Origin: Podarcis erhardii
Taxonomy: Eukaryota
Reading direction: 5' to 3' (one strand)
Length of the DNA: 64,000 nucleotides
Assembly (NCBI GenBank): GCA_964252035.1
Contig: OZ176202.1
In this document: piece by piece, positions 37,064 through 49,879 of the stretch
Numbering within the stretch: the stretch's first letter is position 1
Layout of the letters: each line of letters begins with the position of its first letter
The notes under the pieces: generated by a model
What the model was told of the DNA's origin: nothing
Seen by the model: the letters and a program-made list of their open reading frames with translations, nothing else
The model's database searches: none
Made by a program: the position numbers and the translations under genes

Positions 37064-37166
37064 CTTCCAAATAAAAAGACAATTAGCTTTAGAAGCCAGG
37101 AGAAAAAAAAGGGGGGGGGAAAGGTCACATTCAATACTTATTTTTGACTATTTTAACAATGCTTAC

Positions 37167-37328
37167 TGCATGGTAGTCCTTTTTCCGTGCTATATTTGTA
37201 TTTCTCTCACTCCAGTCATATGCAACCTCCTCCTCTTCTTTCTCATTCAACCATATGAGTTCTCTGGTAGCGCGAGATACAAAATTGTGAAGGGTATCAA
37301 GGTGTCTTTCCTGATTTCTTGAGGTGTT
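37167..37328 (-). CDS. DST: DST exon [54 protein letters not shown]
   Basis: tttttcaag|AAC...GCA|gtaagc; 162 nt. Confidence 0.96.
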
Positions 37329-37424
37329 CTTGAAAAAGATAGTAAAAGAAATCCATATTTTTTTTACTTTAAACCTTTTGTCATCAAAGTGGCATCCAAA
37401 TAAAAGGTGGGACTGCAATCTTAC

Positions 37425-37502
37425 CAAGAGTTTTGCATATTGGCTCTCCAGTTTGTGCAATTTGTCTGCATAGCTGAGTTTAAGGGGAGCAGTCATCTGG
37501 AT
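37425..37502 (-). CDS. DST: DST exon [26 protein letters not shown]
   Basis: tctttacag|ATC...TTG|gtaaga; 78 nt. Confidence 0.96.
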
Positions 37503-37673
37503 CTGTAAAGAACAAATTGGTTCAAAGTATATATATATATATATATTTAAAATGAAGCACATTGCACACATGTGTATGTGTGGGGGATATTCCTAATTTT
37601 TATATGCTGCTTAATATACAAAATCCCTGCACACTTAATATAACCACAACACTCCTCCCCAAAAAAGCTGTAC

Positions 37674-37802
37674 CTCACTGATTTTTGCTTCTTTAAGGCT
37701 TGACTCAAATTCTTCAATAGCTTTGTGGACATTCTTGTGATTTTCTAAATGGCTTTCAACGCTTGGCAAATCCGAACCCCATTCAGCTCGATCAAGTTGC
37801 AC
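37674..37802 (-). CDS. DST: DST exon [43 protein letters not shown]
   Basis: gctttcaag|GTG...GAG|gtacag; 129 nt. Confidence 0.96.
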
Positions 37803-37908
37803 CTTGAAAGCAGAAGTTGAAAATGAAAGTCGAGCCCTCAAGCGCGTGAGGAAAATGATCAAGCACAGACCGAATTTTTTTAAAAAAATGTACATGTAAA
37901 GATGTTAC

Positions 37909-38371
37909 CTGCATTTCATCTACCCATCTGAGAAGATCCTGAACAAACTTCATGTTGACTTCCTCCTCTGTTAAATTCTGATCGATAAATGCCGATTTCA
38001 TCAGAGGTTTTCGGATCTGCATCAATTTGAGTGATTGCAGTGCACCCGTGTCAACTCCTGTTATGTAGCTTTGAATTAACTGTGGTGGGAAACCTGGGGT
38101 GTATGCTGGGGTGATGGCTGGAGTCATTCTTGAAGAAAGACCCGATGATAAACCTGATGTTAGACTCGATGATGTCAAGGAGGGTGATAAGCCCTGGCTC
38201 AGTCCAGAGTTTAAGCTGGGGCTGAAGTTTGGTGCAAATCCTGAGTTTAAGCTTTGTGTTATTCCTGATATCATCATCTTGGTCTGTTCTGTAGTCAGTG
38301 TCCTCCCCTTGCTGTATATTGAGGAGCACTCTGCTCTTAAGGCCATAAGGTCATCTCGCAGTTTTGCAACC
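37909..38371 (-). CDS. DST: DST exon (R)[17 protein letters not shown]...Ser/Thr/Pro-rich insert...WVDEMQ
   Basis: gaaacag|G GTT...CAG|gtaaca; 463 nt. Confidence 0.96.
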
Positions 38372-39532
38372 CTGTTTCAAAAACCAGAAAAGCATTTACT
38401 ATAGAAGTGAAAAGATCTGGATATCGTCTTGGGATTTTCATGAATTCCCATCATTTCAAAAACAAAAAATAATGAAACTATCTTGTATTTTGTGTAAAAT
38501 AAAAAAGGAGGGGGTTGTTTATTAAGAGTTCAATCCACACATTCCAGTAAACCTTGGTGATAAACTGATAGATATATTAGGAATTTTAAAGTGAAATGGA
38601 GCTAGATGGTAATGTGCCAAGTAATAGTGTGTGTCTGGGCATAATAAAGCCATCATAATGAAAAGTAGTGCCTCTGGGAAAGGCAGAGACAGGATCAAAC
38701 TCATCCTTCTCTTTAAGAATAGAATGTAAGGATTAAAGTAATACACAGTACTGTTGTAACAACTGTAGCCCCAAACACAACTATAATAAGGTAAGAGAAA
38801 ATTGAAGGGATCCATTTTGTCTCTGTGTGATGCTTCCCAAGCATCTCTGTAAACTTGGCACAAAAAGAATATCTGTTGTGCACTGGATTCTTTATGGATC
38901 CTCCTCAATCAGTAGTGATTTCCACAATCAAGATGGAAAGTGCTCAGTCTATAACAGTAGCAACACTCTTCCCAGAGAAGCTGTGGGTGTCAGGGCTGAC
39001 CCAGGAGGTATTGGTGCTTGAGGCAAAAAAAAACCAACCCCAAACAAACAACCACCGCCCCTCAACCTCCTCTGCCACGGGCATGCCATGCCCCCTCCTC
39101 TTCCTCCATGGGCATACCACACTGCTGTCACACACCCCACTGCTGGGCATGCCCTACACTGCTGCCATTGTTGCCAAGTTAGGCCCTTTGCTCTAAGTGC
39201 ACCTACTTCACAGCAACCTTAACAAACAGCAGCAGGAAAGACAGCCACTGCAGCAGCACGCACCAGCCGTAGGGGCATGGCAGTGGCAGAGGTAGGGGCA
39301 CAGCGCACTCCTCAGGCCCCAGATCTGCCACCTGATCTGCAACTGCCTCGCCTCAACCCATGGGCTGTATCTTTGGGGAATGCAGTTTCTACAATACATT
39401 TTTTCATATGAATGTATCCGTGGGAGCAGATGGACCAAAGAAGTGTAAAAACTTGCTCGATCACATTGAGCTCAATGGGACAAATTCAGAGAAAATTCAG
39501 CTTTGGAAAAGTTTTTTCTGTGCATTAGCAGG

Positions 39533-39840
39533 AAGAAGAAGAAGAAGAAGAAGAAGAAGAAGAAGAAGAAGAAGAAGAAGAAGAAGAAGAGTAGTAGTAG
39601 TAGTAGTAGTAGTAGTTTGGATTTGATATCCCGCTTTATCACTACCCGAAGGAGTCTCAAAGCGGCTAACATTCTCCTTTCCCTTCCTCTCCCACAACAA
39701 ACACTGTGAGGTGAGCGGGGCTGAGAGACTTCAGAGAAGTGTGACTAGCCCAAGGTCACCCAGCAGCTGCATGTGGAGGAGCGGAGACGCGAACCCGGTT
39801 CACCAGATTACAAGTCTACCGTTCTTAACCACTACACCAC
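39533..39840 (-). mobile_element. tRNA-derived CORE/MIR-type SINE (Squam3-like) with expanded (GAA)n(TAG)n tail
   Basis: Head gtggtgtagtggttaagaacggtagac...gggttcgcg; gggtgaccttgggctagtcac core; microsatellite at 39533-39615. Confidence 0.85.
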
Positions 39841-40906
39841 TTTAAAGAGACAGATACTTAAATGCCTGTGTTTGACAATCATTTATGTGCATAGATATTA
39901 ATGTGGGGTGTGGGGAGAACAACTGGCAATATCTCAAAGCATCAGCACTGTATAAATATAGCCAAGGATATAGGATATAGGAGATCATGCTAGTGTACTA
40001 AGAAGTTGCACACTATGGCTATATTGAAACATAATGCTAAACCATGGGCTGCTGTTCCACGATAACAAGGCTAGTCTCCCCCTGGGCTTATGCACTCTCC
40101 CTTTTCTCTCTTCTTTCCAGCTTGGTCATGAATAGCAGACTGGAAGCTTCCACTTCCAGTTTTGGATTAACTGCAGTTTAGTGTGTGACCAAACTGTGGT
40201 TAATCTTAACTATGGCTAGGGGGGAAAAAAATGTGTGGTTTGAAATTGGCTTGTTTCCACTAGCTGGATTTAAGCTTAGCTGCAGTTCAGGTTGGACAAC
40301 ATGGCAAGCTACAGTTAAGCGAAAATGAAAATAAAGCTTAGACATACACTACATGTCAGAGATGCTTGCAAAATCCAATAAGCCGTCCAGGCAGCCAAGC
40401 CACAATCTACAGAGGAAAAAGGTTTTGCCATGTTGCCATGCCATTTAAGTTATCTAGTTCAGGACAATTTTAGTTACATCTGGGAGACTGAAATTTCTGG
40501 TGTATGTGGGCATACTTTTACTTTTCGTGTATTTCTGTTAAAATTGCAGATATTACCAGCTGCAGCCTTCATTATGCTTTTGCATAGCTACTGATAGGAA
40601 GTAAGATGAATGCTCCGATTTCTTTCTTTTTACATGTTATTTAATTTATCAATAGCATAATAGCATCATCTCATTAATTTTCAATTCTGAAAAGGAAAAA
40701 AAACCCCAAAATAAACTAGTAAAAGAAAAGAAAAATATATAACTCAGGTGAGGGTAGAGCTTGTTACAACTAAGTATTGTCATCTGCCTACACAGCTTAC
40801 TCTGCATCAAAAAAAGAAAGAAAAGGGGCTTTCATGGGCTAGAGAATAAATTCTTAAGCATATATTCACATAAGCTCATATTTCTACATAACATAAATGC
40901 ACAAAC

Positions 40907-41061
40907 CTCTGGACCAGCTGATCTGCCTGATAATATTTTCCATCAATAAGAATCTGGGCATCCAAGACTTGTTGACGCAGCAGATTCTCACATTCAAGTA
41001 GATAACCTGCGATCTCAGCTTCATTCTGGAACTGCAGACCTGATTCTAATCGCTTTGCATC
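40907..41061 (-). CDS. DST: DST exon [51 protein letters not shown](R)
   Basis: ttaacacag|GAT...CAG AG|gtttgt; 155 nt. Confidence 0.96.
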
Positions 41062-41555
41062 CTGTGTTAAAAATACAAATTGAATTTAATCATGCATTTA
41101 ACTGGAGAAGAAACTTTATATAATATACAAGGAATATTTTGTACCATTATCATATTCTGAAAATTATAATAGTTACAATAGTTTACAATAGTTATCTTTA
41201 TTCAGACATGCTTTACAATGTTTATCTGTGGATTAACATACATGGTAAGATAAACCCAAGGTGAAAGTCACATTATCACGGTGATGACCAACTAAATCAT
41301 ATTCAGAATAAACTCATTAAGATCAGCAGACTTAAGTTAGTCCATTGTTTCAATGGATCTAATCTGAGTATGACAGTCAGATACCTCCCAGAACTTGGGT
41401 TTTTTTGGATAGCAATCCACATTTTTATATATACATAAAACAGCATGCTTCGTCCAGTGTGTGTAGCAAAATAAGGTGACAATGATATTTAGACAGCTAA
41501 ACCAACGTTCATGTGTAAAAACCCATAACCTGCCACTTCCTTAACCCATTGTGCG

Positions 41556-41558
<3 letters not shown>

Positions 41559-41600
<42 letters not shown>
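41559..41600. repeat. (TG)n microsatellite
   Basis: Direct reading. Confidence 0.97.
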
Positions 41601-41602
<2 letters not shown>

Positions 41603-43077
41603 GATTGTGACACTTAAAATATTAAACATTTTAGCTTTTGCTTTCATCAGTTAACACCACTAGTTTTCAAGTCAGTCATTGGAAAATAAGGTGATAGTCT
41701 TAAAGAATGATGTGAATCGAGAGAATTTACAGCAAAGTGCAAGACTTCAAGTGTCCCTGGATCAGACTTCTTTTCTGTTGGAAAAATTTCCCATTCTGAG
41801 TGGTTGCAACTTTCTAAATTAAAATGCCTTCCAAAAGGTTGATTAAGCTTTCTCTTTGTTATGGCTGAAGTGCTTTCAAAAATGGTTACAAATGTGTAGT
41901 TGCCTTGCTACACACCTTTCTAACATACGACATTGCAAAGACTTGCAGGCAATATTCTTTTTTACTGAACAGGTTCGCCAGACAGTCTGTTTTTGCTGAT
42001 GGCATTTGCCCTAAGATAACTACAGCTGATGCAATGGTTGGAGTCACAATAATGTAACAAAGGACTGATAGCATTTTGTAGGTTTGGAGGCTGGAGGAAA
42101 GGAGTGATAGGAGATTTGCTGGTGGCTTTTAAATGGTATTATAACTTGGCTATCAAGAGGTAGATGTCTTTAACTGCAAGGTGGTAGCTGGATAAAATTA
42201 TATCATGACAGGGTTGTGGAGTTCCTTTTTCATATCTTCAAGTAAAATCCTAGGGTCTAAGCCATAGGCAGCATTGTTTGGGACATAACCTTTGCACCCG
42301 TTCTAGAAATTGTAAGTCGTCCTCCACCACAACCACAAGCTTGATTAACCTGCCGCATGACATTTCCACGCAGACGACCACATTCTTACAAACTCTATAA
42401 AAAACACACCATCCAATTCTTGGATACTGTAAGGAACAGAGAACTCCTGGATTTACAGACCGACCCCTCTAAAACCTTGGACTTGGAGAATATTGCCTAA
42501 AAGCATACATGCACTTTTAATCATTTTCACAAACCTTGCTTGCAAAATTATAGCATCTGTCTTCTTTCTAAGAATTGTCTCCACCCTTAGCATTTGCAGG
42601 GTGGAAACAGATCCTATTCTCAAGTGAGGCTGTGAACATACATTCTCCACCCTAAAAACAAACCACCTTGGAATCCAACAAGTATATGAATTTAAAACAT
42701 TTAACATTCTTTAAGCCTGTCCATTTTGTCTGCCACTTATTAACATCAGCTTCCACCTCCATTTTACACGACTGAGGAAATAATTTGCATGCTTTTCTAG
42801 GATATCCCAGTATGTTCTAGCCCCTGCCAACCAACAAAGAGGTATTCTTCTTGTCCTCATAATTCCAAGAGACATTGTGGTAATTCCAGTTATACAAACA
42901 GAAGACATCAAGCCAACAGATGGTGATTTGGTACTGGTCACCCAGGAAGTACATGTCTGTGCAAGAATTTTAATCCAGATTTTGCAGCTTCAACTCCACC
43001 CCTTTATCCAGTGGTCTATGCTGGGGCTTTTTTATACAGATAAAGAGACAAGAAACTAGCTATCCAAATACACTTAC

Positions 43078-43171
43078 TGATTGCACAGCATTTCGAGCAA
43101 GCATTAGTTTGTCTTCGCAGCCCAGGCTGTCTCGCTGAATTCTGTTTGCAATCTGCTGCAGCATTTCTAAC
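43078..43171 (-). CDS. DST: DST exon (R)[31 protein letters not shown] (first exon shared by the e and a/b isoforms)
   Basis: tcttttag|G TTA...TCA|gtaagt; 94 nt. Confidence 0.96.
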
Positions 43172-43281
43172 CTAAAAGAAGTCAGAAGTTAAGACAAATC
43201 ACATGGGGCTGGTCATTAACATCTCGATTCTGCTACCAGATAAAAACGCACCACATTCTGCAGAATAATACCAGCACTTAC

Positions 43282-43448
43282 CTGGTTCCTTCCTTGGGAC
43301 CATTGCCAAAGCTTATACAAGAATTAACAAGGGTTGGACCACAGTTAACAGACAAGAAGTTTTCATTGGAATCAATGCTGGTCCGGGTGCTAGTGCTGTT
43401 ACTAAATACAGAGTCACTGCTGTGGTAGCCGTAACTGTTCGCATTCAT
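43282..43448 (-). CDS. DST: BPAG1e-specific first coding exon MNANSYGYHSSDSVFSNSTSTRTSIDSNENFLSVNCGPTLVNSCISFGNGPKEGT(R)
   Basis: aaaATG at 43448, ends ACC AG|gtaagt (phase 2); closely resembles the human BPAG1e N-terminus MHSSSYSYRSSDSVFSNTTSTRTSLDSNENLLLVHCGPTL as recalled. Confidence 0.95.
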
Positions 43449-43570
43449 TTTTTTACAGCCAGAAAGCTATCCCGCTGGTCATTTAAAAAGTCGAGAAGAC
43501 AAAATGCCTGCAAAAACATACAGCTTCCAGCGACTAGATGGCTTTAAGGACAAAAACCAAGCTCTGCATC

Positions 43571-43578
43571 CTTAAATA
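43571..43578 (-). promoter_or_regulatory. TATA-like box (TATTTAAG) of the putative BPAG1e keratinocyte promoter
   Basis: About 125 nt upstream of the BPAG1e ATG; identified by position only, TSS not known. Confidence 0.4.
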
Positions 43579-45340
43579 GGTCTCAGCATGCATATTCAAA
43601 GCCCTGCAAGTAACATTCTCATTCCTCTTCAGAAGACTTCGCCTTCAGCTATATATGCCAATGTGGGCTTGGCTTCTGTAGCTTGAATTGCCTGTGCAAG
43701 TATGGACTAATCAGAATGATTAGGGTGTTCACTCGGAAAGAGGGATGCCAAATATTTTATGTAAGTCTCATCCAATTTCAACAAACTAAACAATTTGAGG
43801 AGTGGGAAGGGAACTCCCCTTCAACAGTTTCACAACCTTTAGTCTCCCTACACTTAGCATAGGTTTTTCAGTAGTTTCTCATCCAGGTCCATACCCACTT
43901 TGCTTCAGAAATGTTGCTTCAGAAATACTGCTCCCAAAACATGCATTGGCCCCATACACAGCAGTCTAGACATTTGCTATAAACAGTATTAAAGCTTATG
44001 CTCTGGCTGTGTCCCTCTTAAAACTATACATAGCCCTCGTTGGAAAGAACTAAAATTAAGTATGTGTGGTTTGTTCACTTTAAGTACATACAACATGCAT
44101 TAATTAATTTAAAAAAATCAATTCAAAATATTAAGATTAATATTTATCTTCTAAATAGGAAAATTAGTGCCTGCCTTGCCATATTGATGCCACTTTGTTG
44201 AATTTAATGGAGATACTGTGGTTTAAAATGTGACAGTGAATCAATTATTTGGACTGTTTCATCACTATGGGGTGTGGGTGGGTGTGGGTGTGGGTGTGTA
44301 ATTCAGAATGTTTGCCAAAGTTGGTATATGTATTTTACCTCATCCTGGCAATCAGTAATCATGTTAATGTCAAAAATGAAATCCAATGGCATTCTTTAGC
44401 TTTCAGCTCACAGAAAATCTCAATTCTTATTCTTGTTTCAAATGGTAAATGAGCAGCTGGGATCTTCCTCTGTTGATCCTCAAGGATGATGCCTGCACAC
44501 TATCTTCTCTTACTCCTATTATTCAATCATTTCATGTTCTATAAAACCCCACCCATATCACGCCATTGCTGCTTGAAGCTATAAACAAGTTGAGCTTTTC
44601 CTTAAAAGACTGTGCTGGCTTGCTATTTGGCCCTTGCATGCTTGGCGGAAAAAAATCATACTGACTGCTGAATAGCATGTAACTACACGTGTTAACTCCG
44701 GGTGCATGGGTGCCTGTGATCCATGTCTGTATTAAAGTATACTACGAACTTACTGCTATATGATCCTGTGACATGTCAGCTCCCTATCTATTGACTTCAG
44801 CACTACTTTTGTGAGGTCAAGAAGATTTGTGAAAGAGACCTAATATTTATATAATGTGAAAACAATTGTGTTCAAGTCACCATGAAAGGGCTTTATCACA
44901 ACGAAAAACCATTTGGAAAATGGGATCCCAAACTGCTTATATGAACAATGGGAAGCAGTTGATCATTTGGGAAGCCCATTTATAATTGAAATTGACTTAG
45001 CAAGTAGAGCATACATGCACATCCTCCATCATTTATAAGACTAGATCCCTACTCTTAGGGACTGGCATTTTATCCTCTCCCACACACAAAGGCAAATACA
45101 GTTCTCTTAACACACAGCCTCATCTTTCTTAAGTGCAAGTCCTTCTTCTCTCCATCACCACTGAAACCTCTGTAAAGCAAGTGGAGGATGAAAGCTGCAA
45201 CTGAGAAGAGATGGGAAGGGCTTAGTTCTTTCATTCCCATGTTGCTTTCACCCCTTGCACAGCAAATCCTCGTGAGCAAAGCCCTGCTTAGCTCCTACTA
45301 CAAAAGCTTGCTTTACTTAAACCTCTACCATAGTTTAAAT

Positions 45341-45476
45341 CAGGCATAGGCAAACTCAGCCCTCCAGCTGTTTTGGGACTACAACTCCCATCATCCTTAG
45401 CTAACAGGACCAATGGTCAGGGATGATGGGAACTGTAGTCTCAAAACATCTGGAGGGCCGAGTTTGCCTATGCCTG
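45341..45476. mobile_element. Palindromic hAT-type MITE (ctacaactcccatcatcc family)
   Basis: TIR caggcataggcaaact/agtttgcctatgcctg; exact TSD gtttaaat. Confidence 0.9.
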
Positions 45477-45625
45477 GTTTAAATCCACAATTGTCATCTC
45501 AGTGTCTCTCCACAACCACTTTACTCAAACCTCTATGGTTGTTAGAACAGAGCTAGAAGGTTACTGAAAGGGGGGGAAATGAACTTGCAACCTTCTCCCT
45601 CTTCCATTCCTCCATTGCCTCATGT

Positions 45626-45656
45626 GATAGATAGATGATAGAGATGATAGACAGAT

Positions 45657-45700
<44 letters not shown>

Positions 45701-45717
45701 GAAGGAAGGAAGGAAGG
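45626..45717. repeat. (GATA)n followed by (GGAA)n compound microsatellite
   Basis: Direct reading. Confidence 0.95.
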
Positions 45718-45900
45718 ATGCGGAACCCTCAAATATTACAAAGCGCAATCTTACTGTCATGCATTTCACTCCTGCAACCATGCTATCTTTAACATGAAGT
45801 TCCAGATTCAATGTAGTAATTAAGAAATGCTTTTTATTTCCAGAAAACACACATATATGTATGTACAACACCCACCAACTGAACTTAGCATCCTCTAACT

Positions 45901-46034
45901 CAGCCTTTCTCAACTTTCGGTCCTCAGATGTTCTTGAACTACAACTACCATCATCCCTGAACACTGCTCATGGTGGTTAGGAATGATGGGAGTTGTAGTC
46001 CAACAATGTAGAGACCTAAGGCTGAGAAAGGCTG
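45901..46034. mobile_element. Palindromic MITE, same broad family
   Basis: TIR cagcctttctc/gagaaaggctg; inner ctacaactaccatcatccc/atgatgggagttgtag; TSD degenerate. Confidence 0.8.
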
Positions 46035-46047
46035 CCTAACAAAACAA

Positions 46048-46278
46048 GTTTATTTATTTATTTAATTTCGTAAAATGTATGCACTGCTTGATTGCAAAAA
46101 GCCTCAAAACGGTTTACAAAAATATAAAACAAGAAAATCAAAACTCACGCCCAAACTTTAAAACATGCAAAATACTAAAATGGATCAAAATCACCTCAAC
46201 TTTCTACGCATCTGGGTAAGCTTGTCTGAACAACCATGTTTTCAGCAGGCGCCGAAAAGAGTACAGTGAAGGCATCTG
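46048..46278 (-). mobile_element. L2 LINE 3' end
   Basis: (TTTA)n tail, ...gcctcaaaacggtttac...atgttttcagcaggcgccgaaaagagtacagtgaagg. Confidence 0.65.
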
Positions 46279-47230
46279 ATCTCAATAGTTGATAGGATTG
46301 CTCTTATTAATCTACTCATCTAAAGATACAGCAACATATATCATGATGGGTCGTGTGTGCAAAAAGGGCTGTCAAATAAGAGAGAAAGAGACACGGAAAG
46401 AGAGGTAGTCTGTGTGCAAGTGAGAGTTGAAAAAAGGATGGAGGAAAAAGAAGGTGAAGGTGAAAGTGGTGTGGGTATGTGCAAAGGGACTGCAGAATAG
46501 GAATTCAGAGAGGGCATGGCTATGTTGGGGGGCTGATCTGTGCGCAAAGAAGAACTGAAAAACAGAAAGAGGGTGGAAGAAAAAAACAGAGTGAAGGTGA
46601 AAATGGGAATGCACAAGAAGCTGCAAAAAAAAGAAGGGAATAGGAGGCATCGGAATGGGGCGAAGAGGTAAACAGGGGCATGAAAGAATCTGCAGAGCAG
46701 GAGAGGACACTGGCTTCATAGTTGTCCAGAAGGTGGAAAGGGTGCTTAGCAGTAATGTGTGGGAAGAGGAAATGCAGGAGATTATTGGGGGGGTACTTTG
46801 TGTGCAAGGGGGCTTGCACAAAAGGGTGAGAGGAGACATGGGCATGGGGGCAAAGGTGAAAAGAGGCGTGCCAAGAGGGACTGCAGAAGAGAAGAAAAAA
46901 ATTGGCTCCAGAAATGGGGTTGGGAAGGTGAATAGGAAGCTTAGCAGCTGTGTGGATTTGGAAGTTAATGGGGGGAAAGTGGCAGTGGGGCTGGCAAGCA
47001 GAGCAAGCAGGGGTGCAGACCCTAGTAATAAAATTAAGCTTAGGTTTGGATGGATTTCTTATAATAAATGGTTGAGCCTATCAAATCAGATCCTAACTTG
47101 CCAATGTACCTAAAGTTGATTTTAAGTATTCTAATAAAAGTGCCCTTGTCCATTTTGCAAAATACCGCACTGGCCATTTTCAAACGAGCAGGCAGAGAAG
47201 CAAGCTTGTAAAACAAAAATACCAACATAC

Positions 47231-47358
47231 CTTTCAACTTCTGGTCGAAGTGTTTTTTCTCTTTCCAACATAGCAATAATTAGCTTCCCCCACTCTTTCT
47301 CTATGTCATTTGGGTGGTAACCTTGAGGAAGCTTGATACGCCCAAATTCTATCCAAAC
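47231..47358 (-). CDS. DST: DST a/b exon [42 protein letters not shown](R)
   Basis: ttttgaag|GTT...GAA AG|gtatgt; 128 nt. Confidence 0.96.
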
Positions 47359-47444
47359 CTTCAAAACAAGGAATGATTACATAAAGCCAAGATAAAAGGA
47401 AACAAGACCAGCATTCGAAAATACATTAAAAAAAAATGGCTTAC

Positions 47445-47540
47445 CTCCAGTAATTTATATAGGTGTTTGATTTTTGATTTCTCTATCTCCTTTGGTGGAA
47501 TTTCTGTTTCTTTAAATTGTAAATATTGGTTATAAAGTGC
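47445..47540 (-). CDS. DST: DST a/b exon [32 protein letters not shown]
   Basis: ttctttag|GCA...GAG|gtaagc; 96 nt. Confidence 0.96.
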
Positions 47541-48633
47541 CTAAAGAAAAACAAACAAGCATTGCTGTCATGTCAGAATTGTTGGTCTACTGAAGCTTTT
47601 GAAAAACTTTTCATGCCCATAAGTGTGGAACCAGTTTGTGTGGGTTTACTCACTATCCTAATCAAACCCCTTCTTAGATTTAAAATGGGAAGAGGAGAAT
47701 TAAACTGTCAAGTGCCTAATTCAACCTTGACTTGGCATCCGCATGCCTTAAATTCAAATGTAATACTGACTGTCCCGAGCACTGGCATTCATGGTTTCAA
47801 TCCAGAAAACAGCAGTTGGCAAAGAATTCTGTTCAATTTCTTTCTTCAGAATGTGACTTAACAGTGCATACCCCAAACTTTGAGTTAGATGGGGCAATGG
47901 TTCACGCAACCTCAGTTAAAATTTTATCCCAGTGCCTCCAAGCCAGGGGAATCCCCTGTGCTGCTCAATACTGACATGGGAGCTGTACAACTGGACTGTG
48001 TCTTCTTCCCAAATTTCTAGGAACCCAAAGGCCACAATGTGTAACTAGCCAAGACCTGGCGAGCTTTTTACCTGCATGGGGTGACTGAGGGTCAAAATCT
48101 ACAAGGTCAGAAGATAGCTGTATTGTTGACTACCCATTGTGTAAAAACTCTGTTTATGGCACACTTTATTTGAGCTCCTCTAGGAAGAAGGGGGATATAT
48201 ACATTTAATTAATAAAACTAACATGACCAATAGAAGGCGTAGCCTTCTTTCTGACATGCTAGCTTCCCATCAACAGAATGTTTTTATTCTGGGAAGCATT
48301 CAATTATGCAACTTGCACTACCACCCACACTCCCAAGAAAGCCCTACCAATGCTTTTCTTCTGAATGTATGGATTGTTTCCTAGTTATAAGTGATGTTGG
48401 ACTAAGAATCAGTGCTGTAGCTGGACAGGAGAGAGGCTGCATCTGAGGGAAAGAGTCGAGAATTTTTGAGCCCAATATTATGTGCTCCAGCAGTGGCACA
48501 CAAGGGAATATGAGTAGGCTGTTGCTAATTTGTATAGGAGTTTGTAAATCATCCTCTAAATAGGTAGGTGATCCCTCTAAAAGAATTAATACAGAATGCA
48601 CCTTATTCTGTATCTTGATAATGTAAACATTAC

Positions 48634-48753
48634 CTTGAGTTCCACAGGATTGTTTGGAAACGCTCTGTCAGTCATCATCGTGGCATGGTGCCTGATCCAC
48701 TGGATGAGGTAGTTCACCATATTCTGGTATTCAACCCACTTGACTTCAACATC
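48634..48753 (-). CDS. DST: DST a/b exon [40 protein letters not shown]
   Basis: ttgctag|GAT...AAG|gtaatg; 120 nt. Confidence 0.96.
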
Positions 48754-49368
48754 CTAGCAAACAAGTAGGAATAAAGTTCTATCAAAGCATTTTGTAGCAC
48801 TGGAAGCCTACAGCAACAGATCTGACGGGCCGCTACGCCAACTCAGAATAGGATAGTGACTCCTATAGCCATCTCCCTCTCTTGGCCCTTCGTGCTCCTA
48901 CTGAGTTCCCTGCTCATAATGCTGCAGCGATAGAACAAGCCCACAATTCAAAACTAGCGCAATCCACTTTCTTTGCAACTCTTAGTATTCAGATTCTACA
49001 TCAGCCATATGCTTCTTTAGCTCTTGGTCCCACAACCCCCAGTTCTTCATAACTCCCTTATCTGTATATCCATCTCCTTCCCATCGCTGCACTGAATACA
49101 ATGTTTGGGCCCAGCCGTAATTTCTCCTTTGCTTCTATTCATTTCATGCCCCTACCAACCATGGCAGTGCTCCGTGGCCCACTGGCACCTGTGTTTTGGG
49201 GTCAATAAACTGTCCTTTGGGTGCGTAGGTCCCATGTCTAAGAGATGGGGCAACATGCTCATTCTGGACAGAGTCACACTCCCTCTAAAGGAGAAGTGAA
49301 TAAGTACTCCTGGATAGATCTCTATCACTAGAGACACAAGTGTCCCATGTGACTAGGTGTGCCTTTTA

Positions 49369-49502
49369 CCATAGAATCAAAAGGTCAGCTATTCCAACTC
49401 CCTAAGATACAGGAATCCGGCCCACAACTGTCCCTGGGTAGGCTCAAACCACCATCCGGTGGTTTAACAGCCGGATACACTGACCCACTGCAACACCTTA
49501 GC
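49369..49502 (-). mobile_element. SINE with tRNA-Asn-derived head and degenerate CR1-type tail
   Basis: Minus strand ...cggctgttaaaccaccggatggtggtttgagcctacccagggac (tRNA-Asn-like) then ggattcctgtatcttagggagttggaatagctgacc. Confidence 0.65.
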
Positions 49503-49529
49503 TTTATCACATCGACCAGTTGTGGCGGT

Positions 49530-49755
49530 TCCTAGCCTGGGATAGTTTGACCACTGTAGTCTATGTACTTGGTAACCTCAGGGCGCGATTGCAATGGAGT
49601 CTATGTAGGGCTTCCCTTGAGCCTGGTTTTGGAGCTCCAGCTGGTGCAGAATGTGGTGGTCAGATTTCTGATGGAGGCACATGACCGACAAAAGGTGACA
49701 CAATTGTAAAATCAGCTGCACAGACTACTCACATACTACCAAGCCAGATTCGAAT
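49530..49755 (+). mobile_element. Degenerate L2 LINE ORF2 fragment
   Basis: Residual VTS..D.CN..YVGLPL..V..LQLVQN motif typical of L2 reverse-transcriptase C-terminal regions. Confidence 0.65.
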
Positions 49756-49879
49756 GTCCAAATCCCAACAATCAGATAATATCCTCTTTTCTTTTCAATT
49801 GCCAGTGAAATTAACCCTTCTCCATGACAAGCTTGTTTTGTATGTTAACATAGTTTATAATTGCTAATATCTTACTTAC

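Noticed and set aside
38090-38260. 4-aa periodic Ser/Thr/Pro-rich stretch in the plakin exon
   Set aside because: Also present in human DST (SLTSGLTQSLTPSLTSS...) as recalled, so not novel
38991-39366. GC-rich block with ggcatgcc repeats as a possible promoter or exon
   Set aside because: Looks like an old TIR element remnant; ends too degraded to call and no splice-compatible frame found
39360-39709. Poly-R, poly-K, poly-L and poly-F ORFs
   Set aside because: Translation of the (GAA)n(TAG)n SINE tail
46341-47113. ORFs of 91-157 aa on both strands
   Set aside because: Caused by purine/pyrimidine strand asymmetry; no splice-compatible or homologous product
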